Shown here piece by piece: positions 9,347 through 19,068 of a DNA stretch of 64,000 nucleotides. Location: contig OZ252244.1 in assembly GCA_965249575.1 (NCBI GenBank), positions 3,104,001 through 3,168,000 on the forward strand. Reading direction: 5' to 3'. The notes under the pieces were generated by a model that was not told where the DNA came from, searched no databases, and was given only the letters and a program-made list of their open reading frames with translations. The first letter of the stretch is position 1; every line of letters begins with the position of its first letter. A program made the translations under genes and the position numbers. This DNA comes from Gemmatimonadales bacterium (GTDB lineage Bacteria; Gemmatimonadota; Gemmatimonadetes; Gemmatimonadales; GWC2-71-9).

Positions 9347-10596
9347 GCTCCGCGGACCACCAGGGCGCCTACCAGCGCGCCACGAATTCGCCAGCGGCCC
9401 CGCTCCTCCGGAGTGGGGCGGTCCTCGCCGTACTTGGTCTCGGGTTGTTCGCGGTGCTGCTCATGGGAGACGATCCCGGCCGGGCGTGGCGCCTGTTCCT
9501 CATCAACTTCCTGTTCTTTACGGGGCTGGCGCAGGGCGCGATCATCTTCGCCGCCACGCAGAAGGTGACGAAGGGCGAGTGGTCGGGGCCGATCATTCGG
9601 TTTGCTGAAGCGACGGTTGGGTTTCTGCCGATCGCACTCGTGTGCTTCCTCGTGCTGTTCCTCGGAAGCCACCACCTGTTTCCGTGGATCGAGCATCCGA
9701 CTCCGGCGAGAGGCAAGTGGCTCACTCTTTCCTGGGTGTTCTGGCGCGATCTCGTGAGCCTGCTCCTGGTCTTTGGCGCTTCGACGGTATTCGTCTATCT
9801 GGATCTGAAGCCCGACGTAGCCGAGCTCAGGGCGCACGTGACCGGGTGGAAGCGGGCGTTGTACGACCGCCTTGCGGGTGATTACACCGGGACGCCGGAA
9901 CAAGTTGAGCGGCTCGAACGCCAGCTGTCTCGTCTGGCGGTAACTACTCTGATCCTCTACGCGTACCTCTTCACGATCATTGGCTTCGACCTCGTCAAGT
10001 CCCTGGCGCCCTACTGGGTCAGCAACCTGTTCGGGGCGTTCTTCTTCATGGGAGCCTTCCTTACCGGGCTGACCACGTTGGGCGTCATGATGGTATACTG
10101 GCGCTCCAAGCTCGGTCTGCAGAGCTTGATCGGTCGGCAGCAGTTCCACGACCTGGGTAAGCTCGTTTTCGGGTTCTCGATCTTCTGGGCCTACTTGATG
10201 TTCAGCCAGTTTCTTGTCATCTGGTTCGGCAATCTTCCCGAAGAAACCGCCTTTCCTTTCTACCGCCTGTGGGGCGAGTGGCGCCCGATCGGCATTTTGG
10301 TCGGGCTGATGGTGTTCCTCATCCCGTTCTGGGGTCTGATCTGGGTCAAGGCGAAAATCACACCGTTTACATTCACGCTCTTCGTGCTCGTGAGCCTGGC
10401 GGGCATGTGGCTGGAGCGATACCTGCTGGTGCAGCCGTCGCTGACGGAGCACGGCCCCGCGTTCGGCATCCCGGAGGTCGGGATCACTGCCGGGTTCCTG
10501 GGCCTGTTCCTGATAGCCTACGGTCTGTTCGCGCGCTCCTTCCCCATGGTGAGTCCGCGACTGGCGGCGAAAGCGGTCCAAGGTCACGGGCACTAG
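9343..10596 (+). CDS. actF: Alternative complex III subunit F (NrfD-like membrane protein)
   Basis: FHDLGKLVFGFSIFWAYLMFSQFLVIWFGNLPEE; ~10 TM; ATGA overlap. Confidence 0.88.
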   Translation: MSSADHQGAYQRATNSPAAPLLRSGAVLAVLGLGLFAVLLMGDDPGRAWRLFLINFLFFTGLAQGAIIFAATQKVTKGEWSGPIIRFAEATVGFLPIALVCFLVLFLGSHHLFPWIEHPTPARGKWLTLSWVFWRDLVSLLLVFGASTVFVYLDLKPDVAELRAHVTGWKRALYDRLAGDYTGTPEQVERLERQLSRLAVTTLILYAYLFTIIGFDLVKSLAPYWVSNLFGAFFFMGAFLTGLTTLGVMMVYWRSKLGLQSLIGRQQFHDLGKLVFGFSIFWAYLMFSQFLVIWFGNLPEETAFPFYRLWGEWRPIGILVGLMVFLIPFWGLIWVKAKITPFTFTLFVLVSLAGMWLERYLLVQPSLTEHGPAFGIPEVGITAGFLGLFLIAYGLFARSFPMVSPRLAAKAVQGHGH

Positions 10597-10641
10597 GGGG
10601 CAGGGGTAGCGGGGTCGGGCCGTCCCTCACGTAGAGCGCCG

Positions 10642-11775
10642 TTACTGCAAACGCCTGAGTAGTGTCTCGAGGGAGTCCCGCGAGATCGGCGCGCGAGCCC
10701 ATACGCTGTATTCTCCGACCTCCGTAACGATACCCGCCGAATCGTCCTGGTCTCTAGCCGCCGCGTCCCGAGCGCGGCCAGCCACGTCCACGGCGGAACG
10801 GAGCCCGATGTCGGGAGGAACGGTTCGAGTCTGAACGAGCTCGAGGTTGAGGTTCCGGCCGATCGCTTGCCGCGTACGGACGGCGGGCGCTCCGGACGTT
10901 CGAATCTCGAAGGCCGGCTCGCCGATTCCTGGGATGGTGAGGATCGCGCCACCCACGTGCTCCTCTGCCGCCCGCCGATCAGAGGGGACCCAGTTGCCGT
11001 CCAGGTCCTCGAGCTGCCTCACAGGCGGTGCGGCGTTCTCCGCTGCGGCCACCCGTTTGGCGGCGGCCGCGGGCGCCTCGTCCATCTCTCGCCGCTCAGC
11101 CAACCGATCCTGGGCTTCGGCAGGGATGAGTCTGGCAACCGCTTCTCCTTTCCCGCCCTGGGGGGCGTCAACGCCCGCGACTACCGGTGGCCCCGCCGCT
11201 CGCCCCCGCGGCTGGGCCGACTGCGCGAGCTCCGGCTCAGCCTGAGCGATGGCTCCGACAGGGGGCGCCGCCGCTGGTGTGCGCTTGTCGTCCACCGTCA
11301 CCTTCTCCTCCAGCTCGGAAAGGGCCACTTCCCGGCGCTGTTCCCGGATGCCGCCGACACCGACCTGGGTGGACGCCCGGGAACCGGACTCCTCCATGAG
11401 GGCGACCGGGCCCTCCTCGGGCCGCGGTGCGATCGCCAGCTCCCGGGCGTACCAGCCGACCCCAAGCGCGAGCGCGACGGTCGCCGCCCACGCGAGCGGG
11501 GTCGTGAGCATGCCCGGCCGGCGAGCCTCCGATGCACCCCGCGCCCGGCGGAGCACCCCCTCGAACGGCGGGGTGTCGACTGCAAGTGGAGGGGAGGAGT
11601 CGAGGATCGTCTGCGCCCGCTCGCGCGTCGAGCGTACGTCCGCCAGCCGTTTCCGGCATTCGGCGCACTCGCCGAGGTGCCGCTCGGTGGCGAGGACCTC
11701 TCCTGGATCGCTGCCTCCGTCACGCTCTCGGGTGTCGAGGTACGCGTGTAACTGTGCGTCATCCACGTGTGGCAC
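10642..11775 (-). CDS. Zinc-finger (zf-HC2) transmembrane anti-sigma factor
   Basis: HVDDAQLHAYLD...HLGECAECR (HxxxCxxC), single TM LAWAATVALALGVGW, directly downstream of ECF sigma. Confidence 0.85.
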   Translation of the reverse strand: MPHVDDAQLHAYLDTRERDGGSDPGEVLATERHLGECAECRKRLADVRSTRERAQTILDSSPPLAVDTPPFEGVLRRARGASEARRPGMLTTPLAWAATVALALGVGWYARELAIAPRPEEGPVALMEESGSRASTQVGVGGIREQRREVALSELEEKVTVDDKRTPAAAPPVGAIAQAEPELAQSAQPRGRAAGPPVVAGVDAPQGGKGEAVARLIPAEAQDRLAERREMDEAPAAAAKRVAAAENAAPPVRQLEDLDGNWVPSDRRAAEEHVGGAILTIPGIGEPAFEIRTSGAPAVRTRQAIGRNLNLELVQTRTVPPDIGLRSAVDVAGRARDAAARDQDDSAGIVTEVGEYSVWARAPISRDSLETLLRRLQ

Positions 11776-12262
11776 GACGTCCCTCCAATTCTTCATGCGC
11801 CTCGACTAGGCGTTTACGCGCCCTCGCGAGCGTCGTCCCGATCGCCCCACGCGCCAATCCAGTCTGCTCCGCGATCTCCTGATAGTCGAAACCCGCGTCC
11901 CAGAGGAGGAGTACGTCACGATCTCGCCCGCTCAACGCGTCGAGGGCGGCGCGAACCGCCTCGGATCGCTCTCGGTTCTCGAGTGTCTGGGCCGGGTCGG
12001 GTGCCTGTCGCTCAACCGGCTCGACCTTGATCAGTTCGAGATGCCGTTTTCGTCTCACCGCCGCGCGAGCCTCGTCTCTCGCCAGATTCGTCGCCACGGT
12101 GAAGAGCCAAGCGCGCGGGTTGTCCGGATTCTGATCGAGCGCACGAACGAACGTCTCCTGCGCGAGGTCGTGCGCTCGATCGCCATCCCACACCTTGCGA
12201 TGGAGGAAGCGGACCAAGTCGGGGTACGTCCTCCGGTACACATCTTCCCAGTCCACGGGCAC
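11759..12262 (-). CDS. ECF RNA polymerase sigma factor
   Basis: AHDLAQETF, WLFTVATN (region 2); DYQEIAEQTGLARGAIGTTLARARKRL (region 4). Confidence 0.93.
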   Translation of the reverse strand: MPVDWEDVYRRTYPDLVRFLHRKVWDGDRAHDLAQETFVRALDQNPDNPRAWLFTVATNLARDEARAAVRRKRHLELIKVEPVERQAPDPAQTLENRERSEAVRAALDALSGRDRDVLLLWDAGFDYQEIAEQTGLARGAIGTTLARARKRLVEAHEELEGRRATRG

Positions 12263-12271
12263 GGTCGAAAG

Positions 12272-14485
12272 TTAGCTACCGCGAAACGCGGTCACGAGCC
12301 CGCGGAGCTTGGTGGCCGACAGCCTGGAGCGCCCGTCCGGCACGATCGCTATGGCGACCTGCTCGCCGGAAATGAGCACCCGGTCGAACAGCGTCGCGTA
12401 CGGTCGAAGCTCGGGCAGAAGCGCGAGCAGCTTGAAGTAAGCGTCGCTGAAGGGCGATACCTCGACCACTCGCGTCGTGTCCCTATGACGCATGTCAGTC
12501 CAGACCCCGTCACGCTCGGTGAAGAGCCGCCCCGCTACGGCCCGCCGAGTCGCCTCTCCCTTCCCGGCTTGCTCTAGCAGCGTCTCTTCAGCGGCCGCAA
12601 CGTCTGAGACGGTCTTGGCCTTGCGCTGCTTGCGCGCACGGTCGGCTGCGATCACGGCCCCGCGGCCAACTGGGGGAGACGCAGTCGCCGCGTTGAGAGG
12701 TGTGGAAGGTAGAGCACGCAGCCCTGCCAACGGCCCGGGCTGGCGTTCCGGTTCCTGGACCAAGTAGGAGGTGTACTCGCTCAACAACCCGTAGCGCAGC
12801 GCCGTCTTGCGGATGTCCTCGACCAGCTCCGCCGTCGCGCCACCGAGGCGAACGGACCGCGACAGCACGCCGATCTTGCGAGCCGCCCACAGGCGCGGGA
12901 CGTATGCGTTTTCTGTCTCGTGGTCGGGGAACCGCAGCCGCACCGCAAACCGTTTCTCCTGACCGTTTCTCCGCCCCGTCACGACGACCTCGCCGGGTGC
13001 GCCCGACCTATCGGAAACGTATCGGCCAAAGATCACCAGCTCCTCGTCAGCGAAGAGATCGGGTAGGCGCGCTGGATAGACCTCGCGAAATCGCGAGGCC
13101 GCGCCGCCGAGCTCGAGATCGACGAGCACCGGACGGCTGATCTTGCGAACGAGATGGCCCACTACCGCTTCGACGTCCTCACCGGGCTGTACGTATTGCG
13201 TCGCTCCCCGCCCGGCGGAGCTCAGCCGGTCCAATAGATACGTGTTGACGTCGTACCCAACCCCGAACGCGAACACACGGGCTTGGCGGCGGGCTCGCTC
13301 GGCGCGATCGGCGATTCGCTCGGGGTTTTGCTCTCCCACCGAAGGGAGCCCGTCGGTGAGGAACACGACGACCGAGAGCCGGCGCTCGGGACTCTCGACG
13401 GCAAAGGCCTCCGACAGCGCTCCGGCGAGGTTGGTGCCGCCGTCCGCGTCCAGGTCGTCGATCCACTGTGCGGCGGTGGCCACTTGGCGGTCCGTCGCGG
13501 GCGTCCAGCCCTGGCGGTACGTACGAACGCGGTTGTTGAAGGCGATCAACCGAAATCGATCGTCCGGTCCGAGCGAACCGAGGAGTCCTCGCAACGCCGA
13601 CCGGGCTTGCGCGATCTTCGTACCCGACATTGATCCTGAGACGTCGACGACCGCCGTGACGTCACGGCGCTGAGTCGCCTCGGTTCGCACCGCACCAGGT
13701 GACAGTGTGAGCATGAAGTACCCGTTCTCACGGGACGGGCGGTGAAAAACGGCCGTCAAGCCGATCGCGTCGCGCGCCAGCGGCAAGAACAGCGAGAGGT
13801 CCCCAGCGAGCGGTTCCGTCAGCCGAACGACGAGTTGCCCGCCGTCCCGACCGACATCGAGCCCGTGCGTCGGCGAAAACGGATCGGAGAACGCCGCGCC
13901 GCTGTCGGCCGTCAGCTCGAACGCGATGGGACCGGGTGTCGGTTGCTGTCGCCGTCCCGTTCGTTCCTGACCTTGGGGCACGTGAGAGAATCGACCGCCA
14001 GCCGCGTACCGAAATTGCAGTGCCTCGCCCGCCCGGTCCATCAACTGGGTGTATCGGAGCGTGATTCTGCGACTCTTACCCGGCTCGATCGGGAAGACGC
14101 GGGCCCGGATGAGACCGTGTCCCACCAACTCGATCAGGGCCGGATCCCGACGCTTGCGCACAATCGCCTCGTAGATCGACCGTGCCTGTGCGGCGTCCAT
14201 GGTCTCGCCGCGGAGCGCCTGATCACCCTGATAAAGCGTGAAGTTGGAGAAGACTGCCTCACCGGTCAGAGGATACAAGTAATCACCCTCGGCGACTCTG
14301 GTGCCGCGGTTCTCGAACCATTCCTCGACACTGACGCGGGCAATGCGGCCGACGACGCGAACCGACACAGTGGTGCGGAGACGTGCGACCCCCGTCATGT
14401 CCGGGTTCCGTCCCTCGATCCAGCCCTGTGCCGCGAGCGGACCGCTCGGCAGCAGGCACAAGGCGAGTGCGACGTGCGCTTTCAT
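12272..14485 (-). CDS. Secreted VIT + von Willebrand factor A domain protein
   Basis: Signal peptide MKAHVALALCLL...LAAQ; VIT region RRDPALIE..RARVFPI; MIDAS DVSGSM, GGTN, FLTDG, FGVGYDVN. Confidence 0.88.
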   Translation of the reverse strand: MKAHVALALCLLPSGPLAAQGWIEGRNPDMTGVARLRTTVSVRVVGRIARVSVEEWFENRGTRVAEGDYLYPLTGEAVFSNFTLYQGDQALRGETMDAAQARSIYEAIVRKRRDPALIELVGHGLIRARVFPIEPGKSRRITLRYTQLMDRAGEALQFRYAAGGRFSHVPQGQERTGRRQQPTPGPIAFELTADSGAAFSDPFSPTHGLDVGRDGGQLVVRLTEPLAGDLSLFLPLARDAIGLTAVFHRPSRENGYFMLTLSPGAVRTEATQRRDVTAVVDVSGSMSGTKIAQARSALRGLLGSLGPDDRFRLIAFNNRVRTYRQGWTPATDRQVATAAQWIDDLDADGGTNLAGALSEAFAVESPERRLSVVVFLTDGLPSVGEQNPERIADRAERARRQARVFAFGVGYDVNTYLLDRLSSAGRGATQYVQPGEDVEAVVGHLVRKISRPVLVDLELGGAASRFREVYPARLPDLFADEELVIFGRYVSDRSGAPGEVVVTGRRNGQEKRFAVRLRFPDHETENAYVPRLWAARKIGVLSRSVRLGGATAELVEDIRKTALRYGLLSEYTSYLVQEPERQPGPLAGLRALPSTPLNAATASPPVGRGAVIAADRARKQRKAKTVSDVAAAEETLLEQAGKGEATRRAVAGRLFTERDGVWTDMRHRDTTRVVEVSPFSDAYFKLLALLPELRPYATLFDRVLISGEQVAIAIVPDGRSRLSATKLRGLVTAFRGS

Positions 14486-14596
14486 TGACGTTCCTCCCAA
14501 TCTGTCGTTCAACAAGGGAGGACGTCCGACCCCCGATTTCTTGCACGCGACACCCGCCGCGGGGGAATCCGTCCGGCCGGCTGGACCGGCCGGGTT

Positions 14597-17474
14597 CTAG
14601 GGAGAAAGCCGACTGAGTGCGCGCTCGGCCCGGGTCCGGGCGGCGAGGGCGGTCCCGTCGGCCTCGGGGAGGAGATCGACCAGGTCGGCGTACGTGTTGA
14701 TGGCCAGCACGGTGTCGCCGATGGCGAGCGCTGCGTCGGCTCGTAGCGACAAAGCGATGGGCCAGGCTGCCTGATCCACGAAGCCGGCGATCCTGAGGAA
14801 GGTCACCGACGCCTTGAGCGCCTCCGCGTGGCGGCCGACCACGGAGGCAAGGCGCGCCCTCGACAACCTCAGAGGCCACAGCGACGCCACGGGCGCGAAC
14901 GGCACCTGTTCGATGTTGAAGCGCTCCGTAGCGCGCCGCCAGGTCGCTAGCGCTCCCGCAGTGTCGCCCGCGGCCAGGCGGTCATTCGCTGCGAGGTCGT
15001 CCAACAGGCTCAGCGCCAGCGGCGACGCCCGCCCGGGCGGGCCGGCCAGTCGGCGCAGTTCCTCTCTGGCACCGAATGCTTCGCCCGGGTCACGGGGTTG
15101 GTACCAGCGGGCCAAGAGCCATGGGTCGACCAGGGAGTCCAGCTCCCCATCCGCCAGTCGGGTCGCAGCCGCTATCTGCTCCGACTCATCGGCCAGTTGC
15201 GGTAGATCGGTCACGGTCCCTAGCAGCACCCAGCGGTCGATTTCCTCCCCGGGCACGCCCGCCCGGCGAGCGATGCCGATCAGGGACTTTCCCGAACGCT
15301 CACGTCCCGCTCCCAGCAGAAGTGCGAGCCTCATGCGGAACGAGCGTGCCAATTCGTCCCTGCTGGTCGCCCGTTCCCACAGGACCTCGACCGCGCGGGC
15401 CCCGATGTCACGCTCCGCCGGACTGCGCCCAAACTCGCTGGCGATGAACGCCAGATTCTCCAAGAACTCCGACGGCCGGTTGCGGAAGGAGGCGAGCACT
15501 CCCAACGCGTGTCGGGGGTGATAGAGGAGCGTATCTCCCGCTCCGACCAGCTGGGCCAGAATCGACGTCGAATCAACGCGAAGGTACTGCTGCATGTAGG
15601 CCCGCGCGCTCGCATCGTCCTCCTCCGCTAAGGCCAGCGTGATCAGATGTCCCAGTGGGGCCGCGAAGGTCGGATGGCGGACCAGCACCTCCTGGAAGGC
15701 CGCCTTCGACTCGCTGAGTGGGGTGCCGATGAGCGGGCCGAAATGAAACTGAAGCTCCGCCAGTGCAAACCACGCGTCGACAGCGTCGGGATGCTGCCGT
15801 ACGATCTCCCCAAAGGTTCGTCTGGCCTGCTCGATGTCGCCATCCTCCATGAGTGTCTGATATCCGTCGAGCAGTTGGCGCGAAACCGGATCCAGCCGGC
15901 TCTTATACGTCGAAGCAGCCTGGAGCGCCGAGCGTATCATCGGTGCAGAGGGGGCGAGCGGCGCCGAGCATTCGCTTGAAGTACGCGGGGGCATAGGTCG
16001 AGTCGAGCTCGACGACGCGGTCGAAATGACGGATCGCCACCTCGTAGTCCCCGATCCGGAAGGCCCGATCTCCCTGGAAGTAGGCGCTGATGGCCGGCAG
16101 TCCCTGGGGCAGAGACGGAGTCGCAAAGCCGCTCTGTTCCCGCGCGGCGCGTGTGGCAAATGCCTCAACGATGAGGTCGGCAACGAGCGCATGCAGGCTG
16201 TCGAGCAGGCCCGATCGATCGGCGCTCACGCTGAGACTGCGGGAGGGAATCTCGTGGGCCTGAATGCGAAGCGTGATCCGCCGGTCCCGCGCCTCGATGT
16301 ATCCCGAGATCGCGCTAGTGGCTCCGAGGGCCTGAGCGATGTCGAGGAGCGCGTCGAGCTCCTGAGGCTCGGTGCCGAAGCGCCGGAACACCGCGGACTG
16401 AACGACGGGGGTTCCGATCACCCGATACTCCGGCAGCATGCGGAGCTGCCACGCGAACGCCTGCGGCAGGATCGTATCCAGCTCGAGTCCAGCTACGAGG
16501 CGAGGGCCAGAAACCTCAAACGGCAGCACGGCGATCGCAGGCCTGGTAGTGGCTTGAGGCTCGCGTTCTCGACCGATCCACCAACCGCCGAGGAGTGCCA
16601 CTCCCAAGACTCCAACGGCCACCCAGCGGGAGACCGCCGGCCCACGATCCGGCCGGGCGGCTCCAGAAATGCGTTCGAGCCAATCCTCCACCGAGGCCGG
16701 CCGGTCGCCCCGGGCGGGGTGGAGCGCCGCTGCGACCGCCTGTGCAACCGGAGTGGGGAGGTCGGGAACGGCCTCCCGAAGGGTACGAGACAGGTCAGCG
16801 ACGGTAGAAGCACGGTTGGCCCGCTGGCCCGTGAGCGACTCGAAGGCCGTCGCCGCGAGGGAATACAGGTCGGCGCGGCCGTCCACCTCGGCGGCTCCGG
16901 CCTGCTGTTCCGGCGCCATATAGGCCGGAGTACCAAGTCCTTCACCGGTGTGGGTGATCTCCGTGTCCGTGGGTGCATTCACGTGAGCGATGCCGAAGTC
17001 CGTGATCAGCCACCGGCCCGTCTCACGTTCCAGGAGAATGTTCGCGGGCTTGACGTCTCGATGGACGATTCCTCGCGCGTGCGCGAAAGCCAGGGCGCCG
17101 CCCACCTGCTGCAACATGCTCATGGTGTCGGCATGGGTCAGGCGCTGCCGTCCCGAGATCTCATCGGCGAGCGTGCTGCCCTCGATCTGTGGCATGACCA
17201 GATAGGCGATCCCGTGGCCGACGCCGAAGTCGAAGACGGGCACGATGTTGGGATGGGAGAGGTTGGCCGCGAGCGCGGCCTCCCGCTTGAACCGCGCAAG
17301 CCGCACTGTGCTCTGGGACACTTCAGGAGGAAGCACCTTGACTGCGACCGGGGAGTCGAGCGCACGATTGCGTCCCGAGAATACCCAGCCCATCCCCCCT
17401 TGCCCAAGGACGCCCACGATCTCGTAGCGTCCCTGAGTAGCGGATTCTAACGTCGCGAAGCTAGGTGCCTCCAA
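14597..17474 (-). CDS. Membrane-anchored Ser/Thr protein kinase with TolB-like and TPR domains (frameshift at ~15940-15970)
   Basis: LGQGGMG, VAVK, HRDVKPAN, DFG, GTPAYMAPEQ; TM helix; IAVLPF domain; TPR-like helices continue in the 14597..16192 frame. Confidence 0.85.
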
Positions 17475-17495
17475 CCATCTCTCGAGGTGTCGAGA

Positions 17496-18287
17496 CTACG
17501 CCAAGCGGCAGCCGGTGTGCCCGGGTTCTCCCGGCTCCAGATCGGGCCATTCGCTGCAGATCGAAGGCTTTGCGGGTGTTCCGTCGGGTCGAACGCGACC
17601 GTGGAGAACACACGTGATGCCGTCAGCTCCCAGATAGTCGCAGGCCGAGATCACCTCGCACTCCAGGATCTCGTCGTTCTCGCGTGAGACCTTGCAGAGA
17701 TACGGGGAGCGCCGAGCGCGAAGGAGCGACTCGCGCATCGATTCCGCTCGGGGGAGCATTAGCTCCAAGGTGAGGTCCCGACAGCATGCCGCCCCCTGTT
17801 TGTTGTCTGCGGTCCGGCAGGGGGCTCCGAGACAGGGGTTCGTGCCGCCAAGCACTGGAAGGGTGCGTCGTTTCTTGGGTGCGGGCGGAAGGGACAGGCG
17901 CCGCGCCTTGAGGTTGTGGACGACGGTAAACGTCCCGTTGCCATTCTGCGTTCTGGATCGGGGCACCCGGGAGTCGGGCGCGAAGCGGCCCTCGAAGCCG
18001 TGCGCCAAGCAACGCGCCGTGGATGCGCCCCCGTTCGAGCCGGCGCCATTCCCCTCGCTATCGGTCTTCAAGTATTTGCAGGGCACGCTCACCGTAGCGT
18101 CTACCAGGAATCGAGCTCCGGCGACGTAGGGGCGCCCGAAGACGATGCGCTCACCGTGGCCAGTGAGCCACGTACCGGCGGCGTCGTGGAACCTGCGGTC
18201 GTCTTCGGAGAGTTCGGCGATTCTCAGGGTGACGTCCAGCTCGCGGCAGTGTCGACCCATTCTCCTGCAGGGAGGCGGTGTCGCCAT
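17496..18287 (-). CDS. Cys-rich protein with YkgJ/CxxCxxCC-like metal-chelating domain
   Basis: NPCLGAPC...AACCRDL...ACDYL.....CVLHG...KPSICSEWP. Confidence 0.55.
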   Translation of the reverse strand: MATPPPCRRMGRHCRELDVTLRIAELSEDDRRFHDAAGTWLTGHGERIVFGRPYVAGARFLVDATVSVPCKYLKTDSEGNGAGSNGGASTARCLAHGFEGRFAPDSRVPRSRTQNGNGTFTVVHNLKARRLSLPPAPKKRRTLPVLGGTNPCLGAPCRTADNKQGAACCRDLTLELMLPRAESMRESLLRARRSPYLCKVSRENDEILECEVISACDYLGADGITCVLHGRVRPDGTPAKPSICSEWPDLEPGEPGHTGCRLA

Positions 18288-18533
18288 CTACATCGACTGA
18301 GCCGGCGCTCGGACCAGCAGTCGCGCCGGACGGGGTAGCGTTTCGGGGAGGGGTTGGTCGATTCCAAAAGCACAACAGGGGGATTGCACAGGAGGAAGTT
18401 CTGCGTTTCTTCTCAAAGCGCAAGTGCAACACGACAATGCGCAGTTCGGAACCGGCGGCTACATTTCCCTGCACTTGGGGTGTGAGGGCTCGCGCGGAGG
18501 TGAACCATCGGGACCCAAAACCGAAGAGTCGGC

Positions 18534-19009
18534 ATGCGGCTCGCCCTCTGGGGTGCGTTCCTGGTGTGGTTGGCGTGTAGCGACAGTGACCAGGTCGTGC
18601 AACGACCGACCCTGCCCGAGCAGGGAAGGCGGCGCGTTCAGCCGCCGGTGTCGGGAGTGCAGACGCCGACCGGGACGGTGCACACGATCGAGGTGCGTGC
18701 GGGTGGCGGGCGCTATCGCTTTCTGCCGGCGAGCCTCACCATCAAGCAGGGGGATACGGTTCGATGGGTGGCGTACGACAGTCCTCCGCACAACGTCGCG
18801 TTCTTTCACGATCGCATTCCAGCAAACTCCGCGGCGGCCTTACAGGGGATCATGCCGGGCGCAGGGAAGAACTGGCGGCGCCATTCATGCTTGACGAGGG
18901 AGACTCCTACGAAATCCAGTTCACCAACGTTCCCCCCGGACAGTACTCCTACCGGTGCCAACGTCACGCGATACAGGACATGAGCGGGACCATCGTCATC
19001 GAGCCGTAG
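18534..19009 (+). CDS. Plastocyanin/halocyanin-like type 1 (blue) copper lipoprotein (frameshift at ~18855-18862)
   Basis: Lipobox WLAC; F.PASLTIKQGDTVRW..PPHNV in first frame; YSYRCQRHAIQDM (Cys-His-Met ligands) in second frame. Confidence 0.82.
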
Positions 19010-19068
19010 GTCGGACGTCGCTCCGAGCGCGCGACGATCCCGCAACGGCACCCCGTAGCGACCGACCA

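Noticed and set aside
18384..18429. TTGCAC...GTGCAA inverted repeat in the divergent promoter region
   Set aside because: Only 6-bp arms with a 34-bp spacer; too weak to call without comparative data
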